Below, piece by piece: positions 1 through 9,554 of a DNA stretch of 64,000 nt; position 1 is the stretch's first letter; each line of letters opens with the position of its first letter. The notes under the pieces were generated by a model. That model ran no database searches, had not been told where the DNA came from, and saw only the letters and a list, made by a program, of their open reading frames with translations. The stretch is from a bacterium. Lineage in GTDB: Bacteria; UBA4055. The DNA lies in NCBI GenBank assembly GCA_029559475.1, contig JAKQBN010000078.1, positions 2,986 through 66,985 on the forward strand, given 5' to 3'. A program made the translations under genes and the position numbers.

Positions 1-802
1 TCAATCTCTTATTAATGTCGCCGTCTATCAGCCCGTGATCCGCTGTTATTATTACTATAGAATTCGTTCCCTTAATTTCCCGCACGAATTTCTCAGTCTG
101 CTTAGAGATAGCGTTGAAGAGTTTTGAAAGATCTTTCGATCCCGTTCCTGTTTTATGAAGCACGGCATCAAAATCCGGCAGATATGCGTAAATATAGTTT
201 TTCTTTCCCTTATTTGACTTAACTGCCTCTGCTGTCTTTTTATAAAAATCTTCAAGACCTTTGTATCCGATCTTTTTTGAGTCTGCCAGCAGATAGCTTG
301 TATATACTGAATCCTTTATCGAATCGGGTATAATGACTTTTAGATCCTTTATTTGTTTTGAGAGTCTGTAGTCTATAAATATGTCTTCCGGCTTTATCCC
401 TCTGTTGATAAGCGTTTCTTCGTTTCGCCTGTCATTAAACAGAAGTATTGTTGAAGGAATGTCATGTTTTCCTTGTTTAATCCTAACGAACCATCCTGTT
501 ACGCCGTGTTCTTTTGGAGCAATTCCGGTCGCAAAACTCGTAATACAAGCCGATGTCGTGGAGGGGAATACCGAAGTTATCTTTCCGACAGTATTATCTT
601 TCAGGAAATTCTTTCTTTTCTTCATAAGATAATTATATCCGAGCCCGTCGATCACGATGTTTATTATATTATTATATTTTTTAAGTTCTTCAGCCGGAAG
701 CAGAATAAGTTCGCTGTAATCTGGTTTTATGCCGAAACCTTTGGTTATCGAACTCATTAGATTTACTATGCTGCCGCCTTCGTAATCCGGTTTATAAAAC
801 AT
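1..802 (-). CDS. Alkaline-phosphatase-superfamily protein (type I phosphodiesterase/nucleotide pyrophosphatase-like or PglZ-like); 3' end runs off the window
   Basis: Absent from the ORF track because no stop lies in the window. ATG (minus) at 802-800 opens an uninterrupted 267-codon frame down to position 2. Hand translation MFYKPDYEGGSIVNLMSS...IVIDGLGYNYL...SVFPSTTSACITSFATG...IVIITADHGLIDG shows the metal-ligand Asp, the Ser/Thr nucleophile segment and the DHG motif of this fold. Confidence 0.7.
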   Translation of the reverse strand, partial: MFYKPDYEGGSIVNLMSSITKGFGIKPDYSELILLPAEELKKYNNIINIVIDGLGYNYLMKKRKNFLKDNTVGKITSVFPSTTSACITSFATGIAPKEHGVTGWFVRIKQGKHDIPSTILLFNDRRNEETLINRGIKPEDIFIDYRLSKQIKDLKVIIPDSIKDSVYTSYLLADSKKIGYKGLEDFYKKTAEAVKSNKGKKNYIYAYLPDFDAVLHKTGTGSKDLSKLFNAISKQTEKFVREIKGTNSIVIITADHGLIDGDINKRL

Positions 803-957
803 TTGTTGCCGCCTAATATTACTTAAACTATTAATATTATGATTTTATATGGAAATTATCAAGAAAATTATTTAGACTTTAACTGTGAGATTACCGGGAT
901 CAAACTGTCCGGTCGTTTTTGATTTGAAATATATGAAATAATTATTAAATTTCATTT

Positions 958-1863
958 ATGAAAGAAACTGAAAAATACTTTTATTCTGAAATTCTGCCAT
1001 TTATGAAATCCCGATACGGCAAAAAACTGGGCAAGATAGGACTGACGACCCATATTCCATGTCCGAACGAGCCGCCCTGTATTTTCTGCAATAAGGATTC
1101 TTTTATTCCTCAGACGATCAAAGGCGCGATCACGGTAAAGGAGCAGATGGATCAAGGGCTTCCTTATGTGAAGCGTAAATATCCTACTGACTCATTTATA
1201 GCTTATTTTCAGGACAATACTTCCACTTTCGGCGGCATTGAATTCCTCCGCAGTGAATTTCTGACTGCGCTAAGCTATCCGGAAATTAAAATCCTTGCTC
1301 TCTCCACAAGACCGGACAGCATATATCCTCAACTTCTTGATATGCTTAAAGAAGTGTCTGCCGAAAAAGAAGTCTGGCTTGAGCTTGGTCTGCAGTCAGT
1401 TCATGATGAGACGTTAAAATCGATCCGCCGAGGTCATGACTATACCTGTTTCCTAAATTCTTTTAAGATGATTCGGTCCAGGACTGATTTTCTGATCGGG
1501 GTCCATCTTATTATTGGACTGCCCGGCGAGGATGATGAAATGATCTATGATACGTTCAGAGAAATAGGCAGGATTAGACCCGATTATATAAAGATACATC
1601 ATCTTCAGGTTATAAAGGGTACTGAACTCGAGAAAACATATCTGAACGGAGGGTATAAGCCTTTATCTATGGATAAGTATATCGAGCTTTTCGTAAATGC
1701 GGTTTCGTATCTTGATCCTTCTATCGTGATACACCGGAACCTTTCTCGTGCTCATGCTGATCAGCTTATCGCGCCTAAATGGGGGGTTAATGCCGAAGAG
1801 TTTAAATTGAAAGTACATGATCATATGAAAAAATCGGGGCTTTTTCAGGGGAGTAGAACTTAG
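958..1863 (+). CDS. Radical SAM protein, TIGR01212/YhcC-like
   Basis: 301-aa ORF. Cys cluster CPNEPPCIFC (Cx5Cx2C) near the N-terminus, and a TIM-barrel-like remainder (LALSTRPD, LELGLQS) typical of this radical SAM subfamily. Confidence 0.65.
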   Translation: MKETEKYFYSEILPFMKSRYGKKLGKIGLTTHIPCPNEPPCIFCNKDSFIPQTIKGAITVKEQMDQGLPYVKRKYPTDSFIAYFQDNTSTFGGIEFLRSEFLTALSYPEIKILALSTRPDSIYPQLLDMLKEVSAEKEVWLELGLQSVHDETLKSIRRGHDYTCFLNSFKMIRSRTDFLIGVHLIIGLPGEDDEMIYDTFREIGRIRPDYIKIHHLQVIKGTELEKTYLNGGYKPLSMDKYIELFVNAVSYLDPSIVIHRNLSRAHADQLIAPKWGVNAEEFKLKVHDHMKKSGLFQGSRT

Positions 1864-1923
1864 CGGCAAGTCACGAGCAGCACCATCAATGCTGTTATCC
1901 GAAAAATGATATGGCAAGTGATA

Positions 1924-2838
1924 TTATTTCTTAACCTGAATAGTATTCTGCTTTGAAACCTCGTCAAAACCCCATGTAACAAGAGAATTGATGAACTTAT
2001 TACGGCCTCCGCGCGGTGACTTTGAACCAAGAACTACAGCTACAAGTCTCGTATTATCTTTTTTCGCGGTCGCAACGATACAAAATCCCGCTTTCCAGTA
2101 AAAACCGGTTTTTAATCCGTCAAAATATTTGTAATCTCTGATAAGCTTACTTGTATTTCTAAGTTCGAACATATTCTTACCTGACCTGATAGAGTCCTTC
2201 CATGTTGAACTGTACTTTAAAACTACAGGATATTTGATGAGTTCTTCAGTAAGAACAACAAGATCATAGCAGGAAGACATATTACCCTTAATTCCCTTTT
2301 TTCTGTCTTTCCTGGAAGGCGGAAGTCCGTGAGGGTAGTTAAACTCGGATTTAGTCATTTTTAATTCTTTAGCTTTCTGATTCATCCTGTCAACGAAAAC
2401 ATCCACCTTACCGTAACCGCATACTTTCTCGGCTAGAGCGAACATAGCATCATTAGCCGATTTAATGATCGCTGATTTTAAAAGATCTTCCACAGACATT
2501 TTTTCATTATGACTAAGAAATATCTGCGTGCCGCCCATTTTCGATGCGGCTTTTGAAGCTGTAACTATATCCTTTAGGGTGAACTTTTTATCACGGATCG
2601 CTTCGACAACAAGCAGGATCGACATCATTTTTGTCAATGAAGCGATTTCAAGCTTATCGTAAGCGTTTTTTTCAAAAAGAATCTGGCCGTTAGTCAGATC
2701 GACGAGCATAACAGCCTTATAGTCTTTAAATTTTGAACTGAACGGTTTAGTAAAATTCGTTTTTCTTGAATATTTATTTTCCGCAGCAGCGGATATAACA
2801 AATAATATAATCAGTAAAAAAACTGCTGATCTTTTCAT
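1924..2838 (-). CDS. D-alanyl-D-alanine carboxypeptidase (serine peptidase S11, low-MW PBP)
   Basis: Signal peptide plus all three PBP motifs: SLTK (SxxK), SAN (SxN) and KTG. Confidence 0.85.
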   Translation of the reverse strand: MKRSAVFLLIILFVISAAAENKYSRKTNFTKPFSSKFKDYKAVMLVDLTNGQILFEKNAYDKLEIASLTKMMSILLVVEAIRDKKFTLKDIVTASKAASKMGGTQIFLSHNEKMSVEDLLKSAIIKSANDAMFALAEKVCGYGKVDVFVDRMNQKAKELKMTKSEFNYPHGLPPSRKDRKKGIKGNMSSCYDLVVLTEELIKYPVVLKYSSTWKDSIRSGKNMFELRNTSKLIRDYKYFDGLKTGFYWKAGFCIVATAKKDNTRLVAVVLGSKSPRGGRNKFINSLVTWGFDEVSKQNTIQVKK

Positions 2839-3537
2839 CTATCTCATTTCTTTCTTATATACTGTCTCATCATCATATCCGGATTCCTCAAATCCTCTTC
2901 GTCTTAGAATGCAGCTGTCGCAGTGGCCGCAGGCTTTTCCGTCAATTGGATCATAGCACGAAATCGTCTTTGAATAATCAACTCCGAGCTTTTTTCCGAT
3001 TATTATGATCTCGGATTTCTTCAATCTCATCAGCGGAGTTTCAATTTTTATCCTGATCTTTTTCACTACAGCGTTCTTAATCGCAAGATTAGCCATCTTC
3101 TGATAAGCAGAAATAAATTCAGGCCTGCAATCAGGATATCCGGAATAATCAATGCTGTTCACACCAATAAAAATATGTTCTGCACCTATAGTTTCGGCGT
3201 AGGCTAGACCGTAGCTGAGAAAAACTGTATTTCTGGCAGGAACATAAGAATTCGGTATCTCACTTTCAGAGTAGCTGTCTTTCCTTACCTGAATATTTTT
3301 ATCCGTAAGTGATGATCCCGAAAAAAACTTTCTGTCAAGTTTAGCTACTTTATGTTCGAAAGCCTTATATTTTTTTGCGTTATATTTAGCGTACTTAAGC
3401 TCACATGAATGTTTCTGCCCGTAATCAAATGAAAGGGCATGCACTTCATAGCCTTTACTAACAGCAAAAGCCAGGCACGTTGTAGAATCTAGGCCTCCGG
3501 ATAAAAGAACGACCGCTTTTTTCAGTTCTTCCTCCAA
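2839..3537 (-). CDS. queC: 7-cyano-7-deazaguanine synthase
   Basis: PP-loop VVLLSGGLDSTT at the N-terminus. C-terminal Zn-binding cysteines CYDP...CGHCDSC. Length of 232 aa is typical of QueC. Confidence 0.9.
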   Translation of the reverse strand: MEEELKKAVVLLSGGLDSTTCLAFAVSKGYEVHALSFDYGQKHSCELKYAKYNAKKYKAFEHKVAKLDRKFFSGSSLTDKNIQVRKDSYSESEIPNSYVPARNTVFLSYGLAYAETIGAEHIFIGVNSIDYSGYPDCRPEFISAYQKMANLAIKNAVVKKIRIKIETPLMRLKKSEIIIIGKKLGVDYSKTISCYDPIDGKACGHCDSCILRRRGFEESGYDDETVYKKEMR

Positions 3538-3541
3538 AAGC

Positions 3542-4090
3542 CTATAATTCGCCTTCTGCTTTAAGAAGCAGATGGAGTTCGACAGTCGTTTTTTTCAGAT
3601 TTCCGTCGTTTGTAAGATCAGTTACAGCCGCTTCGCCGTAGAATTTAGTTGTTCCTGATAAAGCATACATTGCATATAGATAATCGTTGAACATCTTTAT
3701 CTGATCCTGGGTAAGAACAAAAATATCAGTTTTACCGTTATAAACCGTTACACCCGGGAATTCTTTGTAGAAAAGTATGTCACCCGCATTGTCATTCTTT
3801 CTTACCGTGAATTTTAGAGTTCCTACGAGAGTATCAGGCACAGTTGCCTTTATAAAATACCTTGCTTCCAAGAATTCAAAATCCTTTATCTTTTCTTTAT
3901 AATCGTTATACTGAGAGTTAGCGCCGAGATCATATACTTCGCTGTCGAAAGTCTGAGTAATGTAAGTTGAGTCCACGAACTCTATTGCGAAAGGGATGTT
4001 TACAGAAAAATCCTGGAACGAATCGCAGCCTGCAGTGATAACAACGGTCAGAAGAGCTGTCAGTACGAATAGAAATTTTATCTTTTTCAT
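3542..4090 (-). CDS. Hypothetical lipoprotein
   Basis: ORF 3542..4120. I prefer the ATG at 4090 (MKKIKFLFVL...TAGC lipobox) because AGGTGA lies just upstream and it removes the overlap with the upstream gene. Confidence 0.6.
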   Translation of the reverse strand: MKKIKFLFVLTALLTVVITAGCDSFQDFSVNIPFAIEFVDSTYITQTFDSEVYDLGANSQYNDYKEKIKDFEFLEARYFIKATVPDTLVGTLKFTVRKNDNAGDILFYKEFPGVTVYNGKTDIFVLTQDQIKMFNDYLYAMYALSGTTKFYGEAAVTDLTNDGNLKKTTVELHLLLKAEGEL

Positions 4091-4109
4091 TTTTTCACCT
4101 TTAGTTTTA

Positions 4110-4997
4110 TTAAAATTCAAAATTCAAACCGGCCGATAGAACAGATTGAGAGTTATAAGTGTAATCGGCGTTAAGCACAAAAATACTTAATCTCAAAGCG
4201 GCTCCTGCCGTGACGCCGAATCCGTTTTCTCCTTCGATCGTCAGATTTACTTCCTTAGCTTCTCTAAGATCAGGATCAGCGTTATCGGGATCGCCTGTTA
4301 TATTGTAAGATGCTTCAACATTAGTTTTCTGATAACTTAAACCGCCGTACAAAGTGGATATTCCAAAATCCTTACTTGCTATAAGATTTACCGCCAGATT
4401 GTTAAAATCAAGCTGATCGGAGAATTTGATCTTACCGTAACCGACCTGAAGGGCTCCGTCAAAAGGAATTTTATCGAAATATCTGGTTATCTCGTGCTTT
4501 AATGCGAAAGTGTAGAAATAGAACTCCTCCTCACTCTCGCCGATTTTTAGAACAGGCACGAATTTAGCTGTAAGTTCGGTCCCTTGCCATCCAAGCATGA
4601 TCTGCGGGAATCCGAGAGAAAGCTGATCGACACTGAATCCGCCCGGATATGAGATGTATCCCTGTTCCCCGTAAATATAACCGGGATCTCCGCCGTAAAC
4701 AGTGGCTGTTGATTCAGATGTATAACCTTCAGGAGTGTAAGGTTTGAAAGTTTTCTGGTCTTCAGGCATGAGTACGAACATGCCGTTAAGTTTTAATCCG
4801 TAGGAAAATTCATCAGGAACAGCTGCGCTGTGATACATTCCGGAATTCAGACCGACGCCTAATGATGTTATAAAAGGTTTCAAATACCCTTCGACATTCT
4901 TTTTTGAAACGAATGACAGCACATCATCGACGCCTGCTTTTAAGCTGAAAAAAGCCGATCCGGACATAATGAGCATTACTATCAGGATTTTTTTCAT
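4110..4997 (-). CDS. Hypothetical outer-membrane beta-barrel protein
   Basis: Signal peptide, alternating hydrophobic/aromatic beta-strand pattern, and a C-terminal aromatic residue (..GLNFEF) as in OMP sorting signals. Confidence 0.6.
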   Translation of the reverse strand: MKKILIVMLIMSGSAFFSLKAGVDDVLSFVSKKNVEGYLKPFITSLGVGLNSGMYHSAAVPDEFSYGLKLNGMFVLMPEDQKTFKPYTPEGYTSESTATVYGGDPGYIYGEQGYISYPGGFSVDQLSLGFPQIMLGWQGTELTAKFVPVLKIGESEEEFYFYTFALKHEITRYFDKIPFDGALQVGYGKIKFSDQLDFNNLAVNLIASKDFGISTLYGGLSYQKTNVEASYNITGDPDNADPDLREAKEVNLTIEGENGFGVTAGAALRLSIFVLNADYTYNSQSVLSAGLNFEF

Positions 4998-5071
4998 ATA
5001 CCCCCCAGTTTATTTTTTTCATAAATAAGTTATATATAAAACCTGTTAAAATCAAGTGATATAAGTTCCAA

Positions 5072-6202
5072 CTATTTTCTCGCTATCGAAAAATAATTGT
5101 TCGGCTCTCTCAATATAAGTTTATTCATTTCGAGCATGAATAATTTTCCCATAAGAATGCCGGTATCCAGGCCTGTCAGATCACTTAATTCGTCTACATT
5201 CATCTTTTTTTCAATAAGCATGTTGTATATCCTTTCCTCGGTTTCATCCGTGAATGTTCTGAGCGATGTTTTATCTTCACAGGAACAACTGCATTGAGAA
5301 GTTAGCCTGTTCCTTATCCTGTCTGGAAATTCTTCGATAATATCCTCCACGTTCATTATCAGCTTCGCCTGTCCCGTTTTTATAAGATTGTTCCCTCCTT
5401 CATATTTCAGATTGAAAATTTCGTTCGGTATGGCGAATACTTCCTTTCCCTGCTCAAGCGCGAAATTTGCAGTAATCAGCGATCCTGAATCTTTCTTAGC
5501 TTCGCCGATCACTACTCCTAAACTCATTCCGCTGATTATCCTGTTCCTTGCCGGAAAAGTATAATTCGTAGCTTCTGTTCCAATCGGGAACTGTGAAAAA
5601 ACAGCTCCGCCTTCTTCTACTATTCTTTTTCTAGTCTTCCTGCTGCTAGCGTTGACTTCTTTATCTATACCTGATCCCAGAACGGAGACAGTTCTTTTTC
5701 CTATTTCCAGTGCTCCTATATGAGCTACGGTATCGGCGCCCATCGCAAGTCCGCTGACGATAACAAAACCTGCTAGGGCGAGTTCTCTCGAGAGCCTGTT
5801 TACTGTATATATTCCGGATCTTGATAGCGATCTTGAACCTACGATTGCGACCGATATGTTATCCCGAGATGACAAAGTTCCTTCATAATAGAGAAATGGA
5901 GGAGGATCATAAATATTCTTTAAATTCGCAGGATAATCTTCGTCAAATATCGTAACTATACATACGGATCTGTTAAATGCCTGCAGCAGTTCAATTTGTG
6001 AATTGTATTTATCATCGCTGAAACTGCCCTGTCTTAAATTCCTTATCGCACTTTTTGACACTCCGAAAATGCATAACTCATCATCGCTTAATTCTCTGCA
6101 CTCTTCCGCTGTGTCGTATTTTCCGAGCATTCTTATGATCGAAGCGTCTGTAAGCAGTTTTACCTGTTCAAGTCTGAAATATTCTTTTAATTTTTCATGC
6201 AC
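5072..6202 (-). CDS. dprA: DNA-processing protein DprA/Smf
   Basis: Rossmann-like core with IVGSR...SGLAMGADTVAH...GVVIGEA...SGSLITA motifs characteristic of DprA, plus a C-terminal winged-helix-like tail. Confidence 0.85.
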   Translation of the reverse strand: MHEKLKEYFRLEQVKLLTDASIIRMLGKYDTAEECRELSDDELCIFGVSKSAIRNLRQGSFSDDKYNSQIELLQAFNRSVCIVTIFDEDYPANLKNIYDPPPFLYYEGTLSSRDNISVAIVGSRSLSRSGIYTVNRLSRELALAGFVIVSGLAMGADTVAHIGALEIGKRTVSVLGSGIDKEVNASSRKTRKRIVEEGGAVFSQFPIGTEATNYTFPARNRIISGMSLGVVIGEAKKDSGSLITANFALEQGKEVFAIPNEIFNLKYEGGNNLIKTGQAKLIMNVEDIIEEFPDRIRNRLTSQCSCSCEDKTSLRTFTDETEERIYNMLIEKKMNVDELSDLTGLDTGILMGKLFMLEMNKLILREPNNYFSIARK

Positions 6203-6565
6203 GTTCTTCTCCGTTAAATTATGATGAAATATAATAAAAGATGACGTTCATCTAATGACACTCATCTTTTTTTTATGATTTTTTTTTCACATTATACTTA
6301 AGAAATTTTTGCGGTAATCGTAGATGCGAGACATAAGTTCATTCAAGATCTCATCCTGCAGCCATCCGTTCAATTGCTTTTTTTTGATTAACACGTACCG
6401 GCTGGTTCAAATACGTAACGGATATCGATCCTTCATGAATTATGTCTCGCTGTATAATCGGCATAGGCTATAATTCTAGTCATATGTATTGAAAAATGGA
6501 GTGAATCCTGGCATTTTCGTCTGAACGAGCTATATATCTATGTTGATATGCGAGTGATAATAAAT

Positions 6566-7552
6566 TTATTTGTCCCAGACTTGAAGAGGTTTTTCTAATT
6601 CCTTTAGTTTCTCGGCGATCAAAAGTTTAAGATCCTCAAGGCCTTCCTGCGTAAATGAAGAAATCTCATGATCGAAGAACTTGCCCCTGTATTTTTTTTC
6701 AAGAAGATCCTTTTTTGACAACACTTTAATAAAAGGTTTTTCCTTCATGACTTCACTATAGCTAAATAATTCATTCTGGAGGATCTTAAAATCCTTCTTA
6801 TAATCTTCTGAATCAGCATTAATAAGATAAATAAGTACCTTCGTCCTTTCAACGTGGCGCAAAAACCTTAATCCGAGGCCTTTACCTTCGCTGGCACCCT
6901 TAATAAGACCCGGAATATCAGCCATAACAAAACTCTTGTAATTTCCGTATTTAACAATACCCAGGTTAGGGAATAGGGTCGTAAAAGGATAATCAGCTAT
7001 CTTTGGCCTGGCGTTAGAAAGCACTGAAAGTAGGGTTGATTTACCGGCATTGGGATAACCCACAAGACCTACATCAGCGATAACTTTCAGTTCAAGGTTA
7101 AGGCTCTTTTCAACTCCCTCTATACCCGGCTGGGCATATTTCGGCGCTTGCCTTGTAGCTGTTTTAAAGTGCGTGTTACCCCATCCGCCTTTACCGCCTT
7201 CGAGAAACTTGTATTCTCTGCCAGGCTCGGATACATCCAGATACACTTCACCGGTATCTTTATCAGAAATAACAGTTCCCAAAGGAACTTTAATTACAAC
7301 TGACTTTCCGTTCCTGCCTGTCATATCGTTCATTCCGCCGTCTTTACCGTGCTCGGCAGTAAATTTCCGGTTCAGTGTAAAATCTAAAAGAGTATTCATA
7401 TTTTCATCGCCGACAAAAATAATGTCTCCGCCTTTTCCTCCGTCTCCCCCATTCGGAGCACCTTGAGGTATGAACTTCGCTCTCATAAACGCTACTTTAC
7501 CCTTACCGCCGTTTCCGGATCTTACGGTTATATTAACATAATCTACGAACAT
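6566..7552 (-). CDS. obg: GTPase ObgE/CgtA
   Basis: MFVDYVNITVRSGNGGKGKVAFMR is a Gly-rich Obg fold. G1 motif is GYPNAGKST. I prefer the start at 7552 over the ORF-track 7609 extension. Confidence 0.9.
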   Translation of the reverse strand: MFVDYVNITVRSGNGGKGKVAFMRAKFIPQGAPNGGDGGKGGDIIFVGDENMNTLLDFTLNRKFTAEHGKDGGMNDMTGRNGKSVVIKVPLGTVISDKDTGEVYLDVSEPGREYKFLEGGKGGWGNTHFKTATRQAPKYAQPGIEGVEKSLNLELKVIADVGLVGYPNAGKSTLLSVLSNARPKIADYPFTTLFPNLGIVKYGNYKSFVMADIPGLIKGASEGKGLGLRFLRHVERTKVLIYLINADSEDYKKDFKILQNELFSYSEVMKEKPFIKVLSKKDLLEKKYRGKFFDHEISSFTQEGLEDLKLLIAEKLKELEKPLQVWDK

Positions 7553-7686
7553 TTTTATCCCTGTTATTATATAGTGGTTAAATATAAAAACTCTTGTCTC
7601 TAATAGCAAAACAAATGAACGGCTAAATAACGGTTTTTTTTCTTGAATAACTGATAAAAAACACTTAAATTACAAGCCGTTTCATT

Positions 7687-7761
7687 CGGGGTGTAGCGCA
7701 GTCCGGTTAGCGCGTTACGTTCGGGACGTAAAAGTCGGAAGTTCGAATCTTCTCACCCCGA
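7687..7761 (+). tRNA. tRNA-Pro (anticodon CGG)
   Basis: Hand-folded cloverleaf: acceptor CGGGGTG/CACCCCG, D stem GCGC/GCGC, anticodon stem TTACG/CGTAA with loop TTCGGGA (CGG, G37), T loop TTCGAAT. No encoded CCA. Confidence 0.85.
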
Positions 7762-7799
7762 CAAAGTTTGAAATAAACATGATTCTGAATTTCATTGTT

Positions 7800-7874
7800 C
7801 GGGATGTAGCGCAGCCCGGTTAGCGTATTTGTCTGGGGGGCAAAGGGTCGCGAGTTCAAATCTCGCCATCCCGA
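7800..7874 (+). tRNA. tRNA-Pro (anticodon GGG)
   Basis: Hand-folded cloverleaf: acceptor CGGGATG/CATCCCG, anticodon stem TTTGT/GCAAA with loop CTGGGGG (GGG, G37), T arm GCGAG-TTCAAAT-CTCGC. No encoded CCA. Confidence 0.85.
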
Positions 7875-7902
7875 CATGAATTTTTTTTATACAAAAACAA
7901 AA

Positions 7903-8259
7903 ATGAAAAGGACTTTAATTATGAAAAAAACTTTCAGATTTTTATGTTTGATCACAATTATTAATTTATTCTTTTCATGCGGCGAAAAATATGTTGTCAG
8001 GGACGATACCGCAAGAACATTAATAGCTACTGTAGTAAGTCAGAATGCCTGTCTGGTGGGTGAATTTGATGAAGGATCGAAAATCGTTGATAAAAATATC
8101 AGCCAGGAGATCATTACATGGGAAGGATTTAAACTGACGCTACGGACAGACCCCGGTGAAACATACGATTACATTTCCAAAGACATTTTTTATAAAGGAG
8201 ACAGAGTTCTGATAAGAGTTCTTAACGGTCAGGTTACATCGGTAAAATTCGGCCCGTAA
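7903..8259 (+). CDS. Hypothetical lipoprotein
   Basis: Signal peptide with lipobox (..INLFFSC). The ORF-track start at 7876 abuts the tRNA, so an internal ATG (7903 or 7921) is more plausible. The 3' end overlaps rimO convergently by 31 nt. Confidence 0.55.
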   Translation: MKRTLIMKKTFRFLCLITIINLFFSCGEKYVVRDDTARTLIATVVSQNACLVGEFDEGSKIVDKNISQEIITWEGFKLTLRTDPGETYDYISKDIFYKGDRVLIRVLNGQVTSVKFGP

Positions 8260-9521
8260 AGGTCATATGCATCGGCTTCTGTGATCATTACATCGTAGAA
8301 CCTGCCGGTTTCAAGCGTATCACGAATTAATATTTCATTATCAACATCAGGGGCATCCATATAGCTCCTTCCGTAAGAAATCCCTTCTTCAGTTCTGTCT
8401 ACTAACACTTTAAAGGTTTTACCTACAAATTTTAAATTGTTCTCACAAGATATTTCTCGCTGCATTTCCATTATTTCAGATGCTCTCCGTACAGCTGTCT
8501 TTTTTGAAATATGGTCAGGCATTGTATCTGCAGGAGTATCCTCTTCTCTGGAATACGAAAATACTCCGAGCCTATTAAATCTTATCATTCCCAGATTTCT
8601 TTTCATAGAATTATAAATCTTAACCGTCTCCCCAGGAAATCCTGTGATTATCGAAGTCCTTATGGTTATATCAGGAATTATTTCACGCATCATTTTCACT
8701 TTCGCAAAGATCTTTTCTGTAGTGTCTCCTCTCTTCATCGCCTTTAAAATATCAGTCTCGGTATGCTGGATCGGGAAATCAATATAATTGCATATATTGT
8801 CATGCTCAGCTATTTCTTCAATGAATTGCCGGGTAACAAGCGGCGGATGAGTATATAATAGCCTTATCCAAGCGTTATTTCCGCATAACAATGATAATTC
8901 TTTCAGAAGATCGCAAATCATGTTCTTTTTATAATTATCCGTACCGTATGATGATATTTCCTGTCCGACCAAAATGATCTCCTTTACATTTCCCCTTAAT
9001 AGATAATCCGCCTCTTTAAGTATCGAATCGACCGATCTCGATTTGTAATTGCCTCTTATACCCGGTATCGCGCAATACGAACATTTGTGATTGCATCCGT
9101 CAGAGATTTTAATATAAGCTGTATGTTCCGACTCAAGCGCTATCCTTTCGCAAAATCTGTTCTCTGAAACACGTTTGCTCACACTCAACGCTTTCAGCAT
9201 ATCTTTTATTTCTCCAAGTCTGAAAAAACCGTCAGCTTCGGGGAATTCTTTTTTCAGCTCTTTAAAATATCTTTCGATCAGGCATCCGGTAAGAAGAACT
9301 TTTTTGAAATGACCTTTTTTCTTCTGCTCAAAAGCTTCCAGAATAGCTTCAATAGATTGTTTTTTTGCGTCACCGATAAATCCGCATGTGTTGACGATCA
9401 GTGCTTCACCGGATGTGAAATCCGGAGAAATTTCGTATGGTCCCGAAAGCTGGCCTGAAAGCACTTCGCTGTCAACAAGATTTTTATCGCATCCCAATGT
9501 TATTATCTTAATCTTCTTCAT
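8229..9521 (-). CDS. rimO: Ribosomal protein S12 methylthiotransferase
   Basis: N-terminal MKKIKIITLGCDKNLVDSE (UPF0004 Cys), radical SAM CNHKCSYC, and a C-terminal TRAM-like domain. I prefer the start at 9521 because a terminator hairpin covers 9531-9552. Confidence 0.85.
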   Translation of the reverse strand: MKKIKIITLGCDKNLVDSEVLSGQLSGPYEISPDFTSGEALIVNTCGFIGDAKKQSIEAILEAFEQKKKGHFKKVLLTGCLIERYFKELKKEFPEADGFFRLGEIKDMLKALSVSKRVSENRFCERIALESEHTAYIKISDGCNHKCSYCAIPGIRGNYKSRSVDSILKEADYLLRGNVKEIILVGQEISSYGTDNYKKNMICDLLKELSLLCGNNAWIRLLYTHPPLVTRQFIEEIAEHDNICNYIDFPIQHTETDILKAMKRGDTTEKIFAKVKMMREIIPDITIRTSIITGFPGETVKIYNSMKRNLGMIRFNRLGVFSYSREEDTPADTMPDHISKKTAVRRASEIMEMQREISCENNLKFVGKTFKVLVDRTEEGISYGRSYMDAPDVDNEILIRDTLETGRFYDVMITEADAYDLYGPNFTDVT

Positions 9522-9530
9522 AATACTAAA

Positions 9531-9552
9531 AAGGCGCATTTCTGCGCCTTTT
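9531..9552 (-). terminator. Rho-independent terminator after the decarboxylase gene
   Basis: GGCGCA-tttc-TGCGCC hairpin flanked by A/T runs. On the minus strand it is followed by TTTTAG. Confidence 0.6.
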
Positions 9553-9554
9553 CC

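Noticed and set aside
7553-7609. N-terminal extensions given by the ORF track for obg, trpS (to 16047), the decarboxylase (to 10823), the phosphohexomutase (to 14969), rimO (to 9539), the AlbA_2 gene (from 40006), the PorV-like gene (from 44589) and the MurL-like gene (from 22207)
   Set aside because: In each case an internal ATG matches the conserved family N-terminus. These ATGs also have a better SD and/or remove overlaps with neighbouring genes or a terminator hairpin.
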